Source: Mustelus asterias (lineage: Eukaryota). Taken from it: 64,000 nucleotides of DNA. The position numbers and the translations under genes are program-made. The notes under the pieces are model-generated. The model had not been told where the DNA came from, ran no database searches, and was given only the letters and a program-made list of their open reading frames with translations. Numbering within the stretch: the stretch's first letter is position 1; each line of letters opens with the position of its first letter. The DNA is taken from positions 930,001 to 994,000 of the forward strand of contig NW_027590134.1 of the NCBI RefSeq assembly GCF_964213995.1. The letters are read 5' to 3'. Below are positions 24,332-37,530 of this stretch, piece by piece.

Positions 24332-27300
24332 TGTGGTGAACCATCGTTGGTTCCCACTGTGGGATTAATACACCTGTGGTTGTTACTGTTGTGGCACATC
24401 CCAGTCGGGCTCCGCCTCCTGGGAGAGGTATAAGACCCCCTGCTCGGGCGGGACCTCGTCAGTCTGGGAAAGTGTGTTTACGTTCTATTAGTTCCATTGT
24501 TAGACAATAAAAGCCTTCTGTTACCGAAGCTTCGTGCCTCGTGTTCAATTGGCGCGCATCAATTTTATTGTCTAACATTAAGCTCTCGACGGAAGGGAAA
24601 AAGAAAGGAGAGTATGGAGCAAATCCTAAAGCCAGAACGTCTGACGCTAGATCCACGTGCGGTGGGCGCTTCTAACACCTTCGACCACTGGCTGAAGTGT
24701 TTTGAAGACTACCTGGCAGCCTCCGCAGCGGTCACCACAGATGATGACAGACTCCGGGTCCTCCATTCGAGGGTAAGCGACACAGTCTACCTCGCGATCC
24801 GTGCGGCCACCAGTTACCCGAGGGCCCTCGAGCTTTTAAAAAAGCACTACACGAAACCTCCCAACGAGATCAACGCTCGTTACCTCCTCGCTACACGACG
24901 TCGGCAGTCGGGCGAAACCATGGAGGATTACGCCAATGAGCTCTTGCAGCTTGCCAGGGGCTGTGACTGCAAAGCTGTGTCGGCTGAGCAGTACATGTAT
25001 GACCTCACCCGAGATGCGTTTGTGGCAGGGGTAGGGTCTTCATACATCCGTCTCAAGCTGCTAGAAAAGGGAAATCTCAACCTGACCCAAGCTATGGAAT
25101 TGGCTGAAATGCTTGAGGCGGCTTCGAAGAGCTTGGTCCTGTATCCGGAGGACCACGTGGAGACAACGTGGCAGGAGCAGTCGCAAATCCCTCCTCGCCC
25201 CACGGGCTCGAAGTGCAGTGTTATGGTGTGCTCCCATGTAGACCCGACGACGGCTGCTGCCCCATGCGGCCCGCGGTGGTACTTCTGCGGAGGAGCCAAG
25301 CATCCATGACAAAAGTGTCCCACTAAAGCGGTGGTCTGTAACCTATGCGGTAAAAAGGGGCATTATGCGAAGGTGTGCAGATCGAAGCCCAAGAACGGCA
25401 GTGCAGCCTGTAACCCTTCGGAATGGGGATCATCACCATCGACATCGAAGTACTCACGGGGTTCGTCCACGTGCGAGTCCAGGACGACGCCATTGTGGTC
25501 GATGGAGTCGGAGGAGTCGGAGGAGGATGACCACCAGGAGTCGTTATGTTTGGCGCCCTCAACCATGTGCGATTCATGGGGGCGGCCATTTTGGTCGACG
25601 ATGACCATGAGCGACCAGCAGGGGTCCTCAGCATCGACCTCAGCTGCCTGCAGTGACGTTCACGGACCAACGGTGGCGTCGATCACCCTGAACCAGGCTA
25701 AGCACCACAGGCTTGACTGTTCAATGATGGATATACAGGTAAATGGTCGTGCAATTTATTGTCTGTTTGACAGCGGGAGTACTGAGAGCTTTATTCACCC
25801 TGACACTGTAAAGAGGTGTGGACTCCAGATTCAACCTGCCAAACAGACAATCTCTATGGCATCAAGGTCCCGGTCTGTCCCTGTGCTAGGACGTTGTGTG
25901 GTAACCTTGAAAGTGCAAGGCACAATTTACGAGCGATTCAGGCTCCTTGTGTTGCCGCATCTTTGCGCACCAATTCTCCTCGGACTAAACTTTATGGTCC
26001 ACATGAAGAGTGTGATCCTACAGTACGGTGGGCCACTCCCTTCGCTGACAGTAGGGGAACAGCTGCAGTCTCCAAATTGTCCAAAGTGCCCCGCATGCAA
26101 TCTTTCTACATTAAAGATCACCACACTCTCTTTATTCAAGAATCTGGTACCAGGCTGCAAGCACATCGCTACTAAAAGTAGGCGTTACAGCACTGAAGAT
26201 CGGATCTTCATCAGATCTGAGGTTCAGCGACTCCTCAAAGAAGGTATCATACAGCCCAGTGTTAGTCCGTGGAGAGCACAGGTTGTGGTGGTCAAGAGTG
26301 GGAACAAACCCCGGATGGTCATTGATTACAGTCAGACCATTAATCGATATACGCAGCTGGATGCGTATCCCCTCCCGCGCATATCTGATATGGTCAATCA
26401 GATTGCGCAGTACCGGGTGTTCTCCACCATAGACCTTTGGTCCGCCTACCACCAACTCCCCATTCGCCCAGAGGACCGACACTACACGGCCTTTGAGGCG
26501 GATGGTCGTCTGTATCAGTTTCTTAGGGTTCCATTTGGTGTCACCAATGGGGTCTCGGTCTTCCAGCGTGCTATGGACCGAATGGTGGACCAGAACAGGC
26601 TGCGGGCTACCTTCCGGTACCTGGATAATGTCACCATCTGCGGCCGTGATCAGCAGGACCATGACACAAATCTCCAGAACTTTTTACGCACTGCATCTCG
26701 CCTGAATTTGACCTCGAACAGGGAGAAGTGTGTATTCCATACGCGCCGGTTAGCCATCCTGGGATACGTGGTGGAAAACGGGGTCATTGGCCCTGATCCC
26801 GACCGTATGCGCCCCCCTGCTGAACTTCCCTTGCCCGCTAGCGCAAAAGCACTGAGAAGATGCCTAGGCTTCTTCTCCTATTAGGCGCAGTGGGTCCCTA
26901 ACTACGCGGACAAAGCCCGTCCGCTTATTAAGTCCACGACTTTTCCACTCACGCCAGAGGCCCAATTGGCCTTCAAGGAATTGAAACACGACATCGCGAA
27001 AGCCACGATGCACGCGGTAGACGAATCCATCCCTTTTCAGGTGGAAAGCGATGCATCTGATTTCGCCCTGGCCGCCACACTGAACCAGGCGGGCAGGCCC
27101 ATCGCGTTTTTTTCCCGCACCCTCCAAGGCCCCGAAATTCGGCATTCAGCGGTGGAAAAGGAGGCCCAGGCCATTGTGGAGGCCGTCAGACACTGGCACC
27201 ATTACCTGGCGGGGAAGCGGTTCACTCTGATCACGGACCAGCGGTCCGTGGCGTTCATGTTCAACAACACGCAGAGGGGCAAGATCAAGAATGATAAGAT

Positions 27301-28903
27301 CTTGTGGTGGAGAATTGAACTCTCCACCTATAACTACGATATCATGTATCGTCCAGGGAAACTCAATGAGCCCTCGGATGCCCTCTCGCGCGGAACATGC
27401 GCTACTATGCAGGAGGATCGCTTGAACGCCCTCCATAATGACCTGTGCCATCCTGGGGTCACTCGGCTCTACCACTTTATCAAAGCCCGCAACCTGCCTT
27501 ACTCGGTGGAGGACGTCAGGTCGGTGACAAGGAGCTGTCGGATTTGCGCGGAATGCAAACCGCACTGTTACCGACCTGACCGGGCACATTTGGTCAAGGC
27601 CACTCGCCCCTTCGAGAGGCTGAGTGTGGATTTTAAGGGCCCCCTTCCCTCAACAGATCGGAACGTGTACTTTCTGAACATAATAGATGAGTACTCCCGG
27701 TTCCCGTTTGTTGTCCCCTGCGCGGACACGTCGACTGCCACGGTGATCAAGGCATTCCGTGATCTTTTTACCCTGTTCGGGTACCCCAGCTATATCCATA
27801 GCGACAGGGGCTCGTCGTTCATGAGTAATGACTTGAGGCAATTCCTGCTCTCATGCGGGATTGCCTCTAGTAGGACCACGAGTTACAACCCTAGGGGTAA
27901 TGGACAGGTGGAAAGAGAGAATGCTACAGTCTGGAAGGCTGTCCTATTGGCGCTGAAGTCCAAAGGCCTTCCAGTCTCCCATTGGCAGGAGGTCCTCCCT
28001 AATGCGCTTCACTTCATTCGCTCCCTCCTGTGTACGGTAACCAATGCTACTCCCCATGAGAGGATGTTCTCATTCCCTCGGAAGTCGTCCTCGGGGATAT
28101 CTTTACCAGCCTGGTTGACATACCCAGGACCCGTCCTTCTGCGGCGACAGGTAAGGGTCCGCAAGTCCGACCCCTTGGTCGAACAGGTCCACCTCCTCCA
28201 CGCCAACCCTCAGTATGCCTATGTGGCATATCCTGACGGGCGAGAGGACACAGTCTCGATCCGAGACCTGGCGCCCGCAGGGGACGTAGCAACTCCTGTC
28301 GCTCCCATACCCCCAGTGACGAATCCCTTATTTCTCCCCCGGACATGGCGCGGACAGCATCGGGACCAGTGCTTAACAGTTTTACTCCAATGCACAGCTT
28401 GCCTGAGCCCCGGAGATCGGCGCCATCGCAGAATGTACCGGGATCCCCTGCACTACCGCTTCATCAGGGTCAACCGGCCTGTGAGTCCGTGGGGGAACAG
28501 CTGGACGCTGTTTTGGGGAGAACGCCACCGCAAGCACCTACTCCGGTGTCACCGCCGGTATTGAGGAGGTCACAACGACGGTGCGGTCCTCCAGACCGTC
28601 TGAACTTATAATCTGTTGACATTTTAGTCTGTTTTCGTACCCCGCCGGCCTTTGTTCTCAAAGGAGGGGTGAATGTGGTGAACCATCGTTGGTTCCCACT
28701 GTGGGATTAATACACCTGTGGTTGTTACTGTTGTGGCACATCCCAGTCGGGCTCCGCCTCCTGGGAGAGGTATAAGACCCCCTGCTCGGGCGGGACCTCG
28801 TTAGTCTGGGATAGTGTGTTTACGTTCTATTAGTTCCATTGTTCGACAATAAAAGCCTTCTGTTACCGAAGCTTCGTGCCTCGTGTTCAATTGACGCGCA
28901 TCA
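24332..28903 (+). mobile_element. Full-length Gypsy (Mag-like) LTR retrotransposon, left copy, with 230-bp LTRs (24332-24561, 28674-28903) and 5-bp TSD TTCAC
   Basis: TGT...CA LTRs. TTCAC at 24327-31 and 28904-08. Polypurine tract aaaggaggggtgaa. Gag has CCHC knuckles; protease LFDSGS, RT YLDN, RNase H ESDASD, integrase HSDRG. Premature stops at 25307 (TGA) and 26882 (TAG). Confidence 0.96.
24614..28564 (+). pseudogene. Gypsy gag-pol pseudo-ORF
   Basis: ORFs 24497-25309, 25331-26884 and 26966-28564 share one frame and are separated by nonsense codons. Confidence 0.9.
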
Positions 28904-28933
28904 TTCACCTACCAGTTAATGATGTCTGTACAC

Positions 28934-29290
28934 GGGGGGAGGTGATGGCCGAGTGGTATTATCACTATGCTATTAATCCAGAAACTCAGCTAATGTTCTG
29001 GGGACCCGGGTTCGAATCCTGCCACGGCAGTTGATGGAATTTAAATTTGATAAAAAAATATCTGGAATTAAGAATCTACTGATGACCGTGAAGCTATTGT
29101 CGATTGTCAGAAAATCCTATCTGGTTCACTTCCTTTCGGGAGGAAATCTGCCGTCCTTACCCGGTATGGCCGTCATGTGACTCCAGAGCCACAGCACTGT
29201 GGTTGACTCTCAACTGTCCTCTGAACAAGGGCAACTCAGGATGTGCATTAAATGCTGGCCAGTCAGCGATGCCCATGTCCCACAAATGAT
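28934..29290 (+). mobile_element. tRNA-headed SINE, second family
   Basis: A box tggccgagtgg, B box gggttcgaatcc, tail taaatgctggcc...gcccatgtcccacaaatga. Confidence 0.8.
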
Positions 29291-30312
29291 TTTTAAAAAA
29301 ACACGGCCCTCTGTTCGTCTGCAGTTTCCTGCATCTCGCCACAAATATAACCACTCTGCTCTACTACATCACAAGGACGTTTCAAACTATATGTGTTCCC
29401 AAGGATAATCTGTTTCTGTCACTATGAACTTTTCTCGTTGTTCTTTCAGCCGGTGTAAATCCAGAGAATGGAAGGGATGGAGGGAAAAATCTTTCCCGAA
29501 TCCTATTTGGTCATCATTCCAATAACATTTGGGTGAGGAAATCTAATCGTCAGTCTCTGTGAAAAGCTGTATCCGGCACCTTCCTATTCGATGGTTAGAA
29601 TGTAAAATGGAATAACTTCGACTGCTGTTTGTGTCTCCTGTCCTGTAAACCAAACATTAACCCAGAATTCACTCACTGCCTTCGCTTTGTGCTGAAAACT
29701 GTTATTATTCTGTTGTTTTCACAGCTCCAAAATGACCTCATTAGCGGCTGTTTTTCGCGGTAACGGGCCCTTCTCTCAATTCCTGAAATGTTCATTGATT
29801 CATCATTTTATTCACAGTAATTCTCCGCAGGGTAACAGTCCGGAGTGGGATTATTACAGAGCGGAATAAGGACAGTGTGCGGACTCGATCCGGCTCCCTG
29901 TTTTCTGTGAAGGAGAGTGGGTTCTGATTGAAGACGAAACGGAGTGTTTTCCTTCTGGGAATGCTGTGAACAGGGATTGATTCCCGCCCGGGACAGTTAG
30001 AAAGCGATAGGAGAATGAAGCACATTGAAATAAAATGTTAAAGCCGCGCCTGCGATTGGTGACGGGAAGAGCTGAATAAAAGCAAATCAATAGAAGGGAT
30101 TTGAAATCTCTGACTAAGGACGACATTGATTTGAATTCGCTCCTTTCCCACAATGAAATTGGCGGCTTTTGGAAATGGACAAATTCTCTGCTTCTGCCGG
30201 ATGTTGTGGGGAAGTCCCGCCCTCTTCTGTTTCCAGTGAGCTGATTGGTGAAGAATATAGGCAAATGAGGTGAATAGAGCAGCGGCCAATCAGAGGAGCT
30301 GTCAGTTTATAA

Positions 30313-30762
<450 letters not shown>

Positions 30763-31539
30763 AGCGCCCATTCTTTAATCTGATAACCCAAAGGCTCTTT
30801 TCAGAGCCACTCATTTTATCTGAAAAAGGGCGACCTGGTGTCTATCGGTCAGTTTCTGCACTGCTATTCACAGCACAGCTGTTTCCCGCTTTGTTCTATC
30901 AATCCGTACTATTGACACATACAGTATTTTAATGCAACTTGCTGCTGTTTATCGGGGAAACTATCCCAGTGAACATAAATGATCCTATTTCAAATATAAT
31001 TGCTTTAAAATGTGATAGTCTGCGAGGACATTCATCTGCAGCCCATCGGTTTTCAAAGTCAGTCACTATCTGGAAAAGTGTTAATTATTGTCCATGCGAA
31101 TGTGCAAGCGTTTCTGCAATGGCTATATCTGTGTGAGTGGGCTCCTGTTTGAGACATGCTTCATATTCTGAACCTAATTGACGCAATTTTCAACACTCGC
31201 TGCGACTCGAAACATGTGCGGAGAAAGTCGATTTGCGGAATTATTGCTCGGAAACTGAAATGATCGCAGGTTTAATAAAACCACTTTAAAATTGAATTGC
31301 GGTAGAACTGTTAACGGCATCGTTTTTACTCTAACCATCGAAGGATTGGAGATATGAGTGACCTCAATGCAACGGAGGGTTAATTGTAACATTGAGAGGT
31401 TTCAGTACTGGAGTCCTGGGAATATTCTGTCCTGGGAATTCAAACACTAGAATCGTTAACAGGAGATCGCAGCTCTTTCATTTGCCGATTTGGTGGCTCT
31501 TAAAAGAGCCGTTGTTGTACTTGGTGCTGAAGTCGGGGT

Positions 31540-32010
<471 letters not shown>

Positions 32011-33275
32011 TTAAACTCTGTGAGGAACCGCCCCCAGCGGGAATTGGCCCAGGAAGTTTCAATCAAACTCTGACCAGGGAATTAATGTCTGTAACTCAGG
32101 TTCTGATTGGTTCAGTTGTTTTGTTAACCGCGCCTTTCAGAAATTGGGCCGTTTTCGATGCAGGAAATAGCCGTCTGTATAAAAGACTTTATCCCGTCCT
32201 TATTAAAACAAACATGACTCGAAATATTGAAGAAGTCTATCTCCCTGCCCTTAGTGCTTTAGACCCTTTCCCCGCTCTCTGGGCTGTTCATTCCCAGAAT
32301 CTCCCGCTGTTCCACTCGATCCCTGTCCCTCTGCGCTCCAGCCCATTCAGATTTCCCCTCTCCTGCGGCTTGTAACATTCGCCGCCGTTTCCGGGAAAGG
32401 ATCAGAAATCCTTCTCTGTGTCTCCCTGAAGCCGGTGTGAAAGGGGTTGAGTCTGTTGTTTGTTCCAGAGAGTGACTTCATATTTGTCCCGTTTGACATT
32501 ACTGAATAGAACCGTTTGCCGCCCGTGGCGGACAAATGTTCACAAATGAAAACTCTTTGTAAAATAATCTTACAGCAGAATATTAATTGAGAATCTATTT
32601 TTAATAAGTTAAGAATTTGTCTCAATTCCCTTTCCCGCGCTGAAATTGGCGGCATTTCCCCCCAATTCAAAATTTCTGCCGGTTGACAGTTGAAGCCAAT
32701 GATTGGCTCAATGTTCACATTCGATGCTCTGCGATTGGTTCAGAGCTGCGAATGTGGAGAGGATGGCCAATCAGAAGCAGGCTGGGGTTGGAGCGGCTAA
32801 AACTGCGGGAATTGCGGGTTTGTGAATGACTGAGCGGAAACTGATCAGTTTCACAAAGCGTCAGTTTCAGTGCAGGAAACAACCGTCTGGGGGCAAATAG
32901 CATCACAACTGGGACTGGTTCCAGTGAACGATTCACCGGCTGCTGCTACTAAACTCCGCTATTCCAGAGAAAGCTTTGATACACTATGAAAACACTGTGA
33001 TTAGGCAGGAGTGATGTGGCGTTTCACTGAGGGCACATGTCAACTGTGGGCTGATTCGACAATACACTAAATTTCAAAAACAATCCGCATGGCTGCTCCA
33101 AATGAAATGTTAAATTCGGTGATTCCCGCACTGTAACCTAAACAAAACAAACATGCATCTCAAACACTGAACAGCCTGTCCCAGCTCCGTCCCCAGGTCA
33201 CTGCTCTCTCTGTGAAGCGGTGAGTGGCCCTTAAAAGAGCCTTTGTTGTGTGTTCGGGAGGAAGGTTGCAGTTGT

Positions 33276-33596
<321 letters not shown>

Positions 33597-34111
33597 TCAC
33601 TCAGATCACTGCACAATATGAGACAGGAACTTTTTCAGGCTCCTTTTATACAGCCCGCCCCGACCTGACTCAGAAAGGCGGAGTGAGAGCAGCGAGGGGA
33701 GGAGACAGAGTGAAGATTAAACACAGAGCGGGAGGGAGGAGAGAGCCGGACTGACACACACACACAGAACGGCCCCTGATCTTTCAGCTCCACCTCCAGT
33801 TTCTGCAACCGCCAATTTCAACCCGTTTATTAACAATGGAAGCGAAACACAGCTCCCCACACAAACCCTTCCAGAGCCGCCCTTCACACACAAGAGTTTC
33901 CACAAACCCGGAACTTTGAAATATGGAATCAAAACAGAAAATGCTGCAAATAATCAGCAGCTCCGGCAGCTTTTGTGAAGAGAGAGAGAGAGACAGAGTT
34001 AACGTTTCGGGTCGTGACTCTTTGCTTTTGTGTTTTTAAACCTGGCCCCGTTATAATAAGAAGTCTCACAACACCAGGTTAAAGTCCAACAGGTTTATTT
34101 GGTAGCAAATA

Positions 34112-34148
34112 CCATAAGCTTTCGGAGCAATGCTCCTTCGTCAGATGG
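34112..34148 (-). ncRNA. Minimal hammerhead ribozyme motif (antisense copy in inverted pLTR)
   Basis: Exact reverse complement of 36976-37012. Confidence 0.7.
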
Positions 34149-36975
34149 AGTGGTCTCTGTTACAGACATCAAGTTTCTACAAACATGCAAGAAAGCAGAC
34201 AAGATACCGAAAGGACTACGGATCACGAACCCACTCAGGTCAACCTTTAACACGGACTACGCTGAGAGACTGTGCCGTCACACCTCTCTCACCCTCCTCA
34301 AACACCTCATACACCAACTCTACAGCAAACGCCGCAGCCTGGAAACCAAGATCGAATCCATAGTCTCAACCTGCGCTCAGGACGCAGACCAGCTGCGAAA
34401 CTCTGCCAAGCAGACGAGACAAAGGAACGACACCATCTACATGCACACCAAGAACAGGAAACTTGAGAAACTCGGCATCACCACCAGCAGCAACCAAGCC
34501 TCCCCCGGTATCACAGTAGAAAACAGTACCACTGCAGGAAAGTCCATTGTCAACCTATCGGACTACACACTTCAGCCAGATGAAATTGAAGTTCTCAGCC
34601 GAGGGCTCAACTTTTGCCCCACTACCAAAATAGACCCCATCAGTCTCGCAGCGGACACAGAGGAATTCATCAGGCGAATGAGGCTGCGGGAGTTCTTCCA
34701 CAAACCCCAAGAGGCCAACAGCGAACACAATGAGACAGCTAATGAACCGGAACAGCAGACAGAGAGATCCGCAGTGCAACCGAAGAGGAAAGAGTCGAAT
34801 TGGACTCCTCCGGAAGGCCGCTGCCCTCGACTTGACATGTATGCCCAAGGCATCAGGAGGCGCGTCAACACCAAATTCATCAGCCGCACTCACAAGACAG
34901 CACCGAACATCACCCAAGCACAACGCAACGCCATCCACGCTCTCAAGACCAACCGCAACATTGTCATCAAACCAGCAGACAAAGGAGGGGCCATCGTCAT
35001 ACTGAACAGAACGGATTACTGCAAAGAAGTGTACCGACAACTGAACAATGAGGAACACTACAGATAGTTACCCACAGATCCGACCAAAGAACACACCCGT
35101 CCACTCAACACTCTGATCAAAACCTTTGATCCGGACCTTCAGAGCACCCTCCGTGCTCTCATCGCACGTACTCCACGCGTTGGAGATCTCTACTGCCTCC
35201 CAAAAATACACAAGGCAAACACACCCGGCCGTCCCATCGTTTCAGGAAACGGAACCCTGTGCGAGAACCTCTCCGGCTATGTCGAGGGCATCTTGAAACC
35301 CATTGTACAAAGAACCCCCAGCTTTTGTCGCGACACTACGGACTTCCTACAGAAACTCAACACACATGGAGCAGTTGAACCAGGAGCACTCCTCGTCACA
35401 ATGGATGTCTCGGCACTCTACACCAGCGTCCCCCACGATGATGGCATTGCTGCAACGGCCTCAGTACTCAATGCCGTCAACTGCCAGTTTCCAGATGCAA
35501 TTTTACAACCCATCCGCTTCATCCTGGATCACAATATCTTCACCTTCAACAACCAGTTCTTCATCCAGACACAAGGAACAGCCATGGGGACAAAATTCGC
35601 ACCTCAATATGCCAACATCTTCATGCACAGGTTCGAACAAGACTTCTTCACTGCACAGGACCTTCAACCGATGCTATACACTAGATACATCGATGACATT
35701 TTCTTCCTTTGGAGTCATGGTGAGCAATCACTGAAAAAACTATATGATGACATCAACAAGTTCCATCCCACCATCAGACTCACCATGGACTACTCTCCGG
35801 AATCGGTTGCATTCTTGGACACACGCATCTCCATTAAGGATGGTCACCTCAGCACCTCACTGTACCGCAAGCCCACGGATAACCTCATGATGCTCCACTT
35901 CTCCAGCTTCCACCCGAAACACGTAAAAGAAGCCATCCCCTACGGACAAGCCCTCCGAATACACAGGATCTGCTCGGATGACGAGGATCGCAACAGTCAC
36001 CTCCAGACGCTGAAAGATGCCCTCATAAGAACAGGATATGGCGCTCGACTCATCGATCAACAGTTTCGACGTGCCACAGTGAAAAACCGCACCAACCTCC
36101 TCAGAAGACAAACACGGGACACGGTGGACAGAGTACCCTTCGTCGTCCAGTACTTCCCCGAAGCGGAGAAGCTACGGCATCTCCTCCGGAGCCTTCAACA
36201 TGTCATTGATGAAGACGAACATCTCGCCAAGGCCATCCCCACACCCCCACTTCTTGCCTTCAAACAACCACGCAACCTCAAACAGACCATTGTTCCCAGC
36301 AAACTACCCAGCCTTCAGGAGAACAGTGACCAAGACACCACACAACCCTGCCACAGCAACCTCTGCAAGACGTGCCGGATCATCAACACGGATGCCATCA
36401 TCTCACGTGAGAACACCATCCACCAGGTACACGGTACATACTCTTGCAACTCGGCCAACGTTGTCTACCTGATACGCTGCAAGAAAGGATGTCCCGAGGC
36501 ATGGTACATTGGGGAAACCATGCAGACGCTACGACAGCGGATGAATGAACACCGCTCGACAATCACCAGGCAAGACTGTTCTCTTCCTGTGGGGGAGCAC
36601 TTCAGCAGTCACGGGCATTCAGCCTTGGATCTTCAGGTAAGCGTTCTCCAAGGTGGCCTTCACGACACACGACAGCGCAGAGTCACTGAGCAGAAACTGA
36701 TAGCCAAGTTCTGCACACATGAGGACGGTCTAAACCGGGATGTTGGATTTATGTCACATTATCAGTAACCCCCACAGCTTGACTCCTGGACTTGCACAAT
36801 TTCACAAGCTGTACTGTCTGGAGACAATACACATCTCTTTAACCTGTGTTGAATGCTCCCTCCACCCACATTGTCTGTGCATTTAAGACCTGGCTGGCTG
36901 TAGAGATTTGCATTCTAATCAGTATTCTGTAATTTGATTTCTGTGTCTGTGCCCTGTTTGAGAACAGAGACCACT

Positions 36976-37012
36976 CCATCTGACGAAGGAGCATTGCTCC
37001 GAAAGCTTATGG
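36976..37012 (+). ncRNA. Minimal type-I hammerhead ribozyme motif in Penelope pLTR
   Basis: CCAT-CTGACGA-A-GGAGC-ATT-GCTCC-GAAA-GCTT-ATGG: CUGANGA and GAAA core, stem I CCAT/ATGG, stem II GGAGC/GCTCC, palindromic AGCT in place of stem III. Confidence 0.78.
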
Positions 37013-37530
37013 TATTTGCTACCAAATAAACCTGTTGGACTTTAACCTGGTGTTGTGAGACTTCCTACTGTGCTTACCCCAGTCCAACGCCGGCATCTCC
37101 ACATCCCGTTATAATTCCCAGTCAGTAATATTCCGACCTAAACACAGCAAGAATCTCCCTCAGTAACATCCTCACCCACATCCGCTTCCAGCTGTTTACA
37201 AATACCTTATTGCAGCTGTTTGGAGAAATCTCCTGTGTTAAAATTGAAGTTGGAAAGCGCTTTTTAGCCGCCAGTGTTACTGTCTCACACTGAATCTACC
37301 AGACATCTTTATTATGAGAGAAAGTGACGATTGAACAAATGTGAAATTCAAATGAAATTCAGCATCTGCTGTGTTTTGCTTTAGTCTGAATTTGAAATGA
37401 TCTCTATTGAGAACGAGCCGGGCCGCGGGACAGGAATCATTTTCTTGCGGGATCAGCTCTTTCCTGAGAGATGTGGGTGGCTCTGAGAAGAGCCTTTGGG
37501 TTCAGGGGTTTACAATTTGCTCGGGTTGTT

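Larger units (their letters stand above)
34058..37105 (+). mobile_element. Penelope-like element (Neptune-type) with inverted 5' pLTR and 10-bp TSD ccgttataat; left arm only
   Basis: RT motifs IKPADKGG, LPKIHK, MDVSALYT, QGTAMG, RYIDD. Cys linker CHSNLCKTC and GIY-YIG-like VVYLIRC...WYIGET. One in-frame TAG at 35065. TSD at 34048-57 and 37106-15; empty site at ~43388-43410. Confidence 0.96.

Noticed and set aside
28934-29030. tRNA-like A/B boxes at SINE heads (also 4800-4856, 16611, 21565)
   Set aside because: No cloverleaf or anticodon arm; they continue into SINE bodies.
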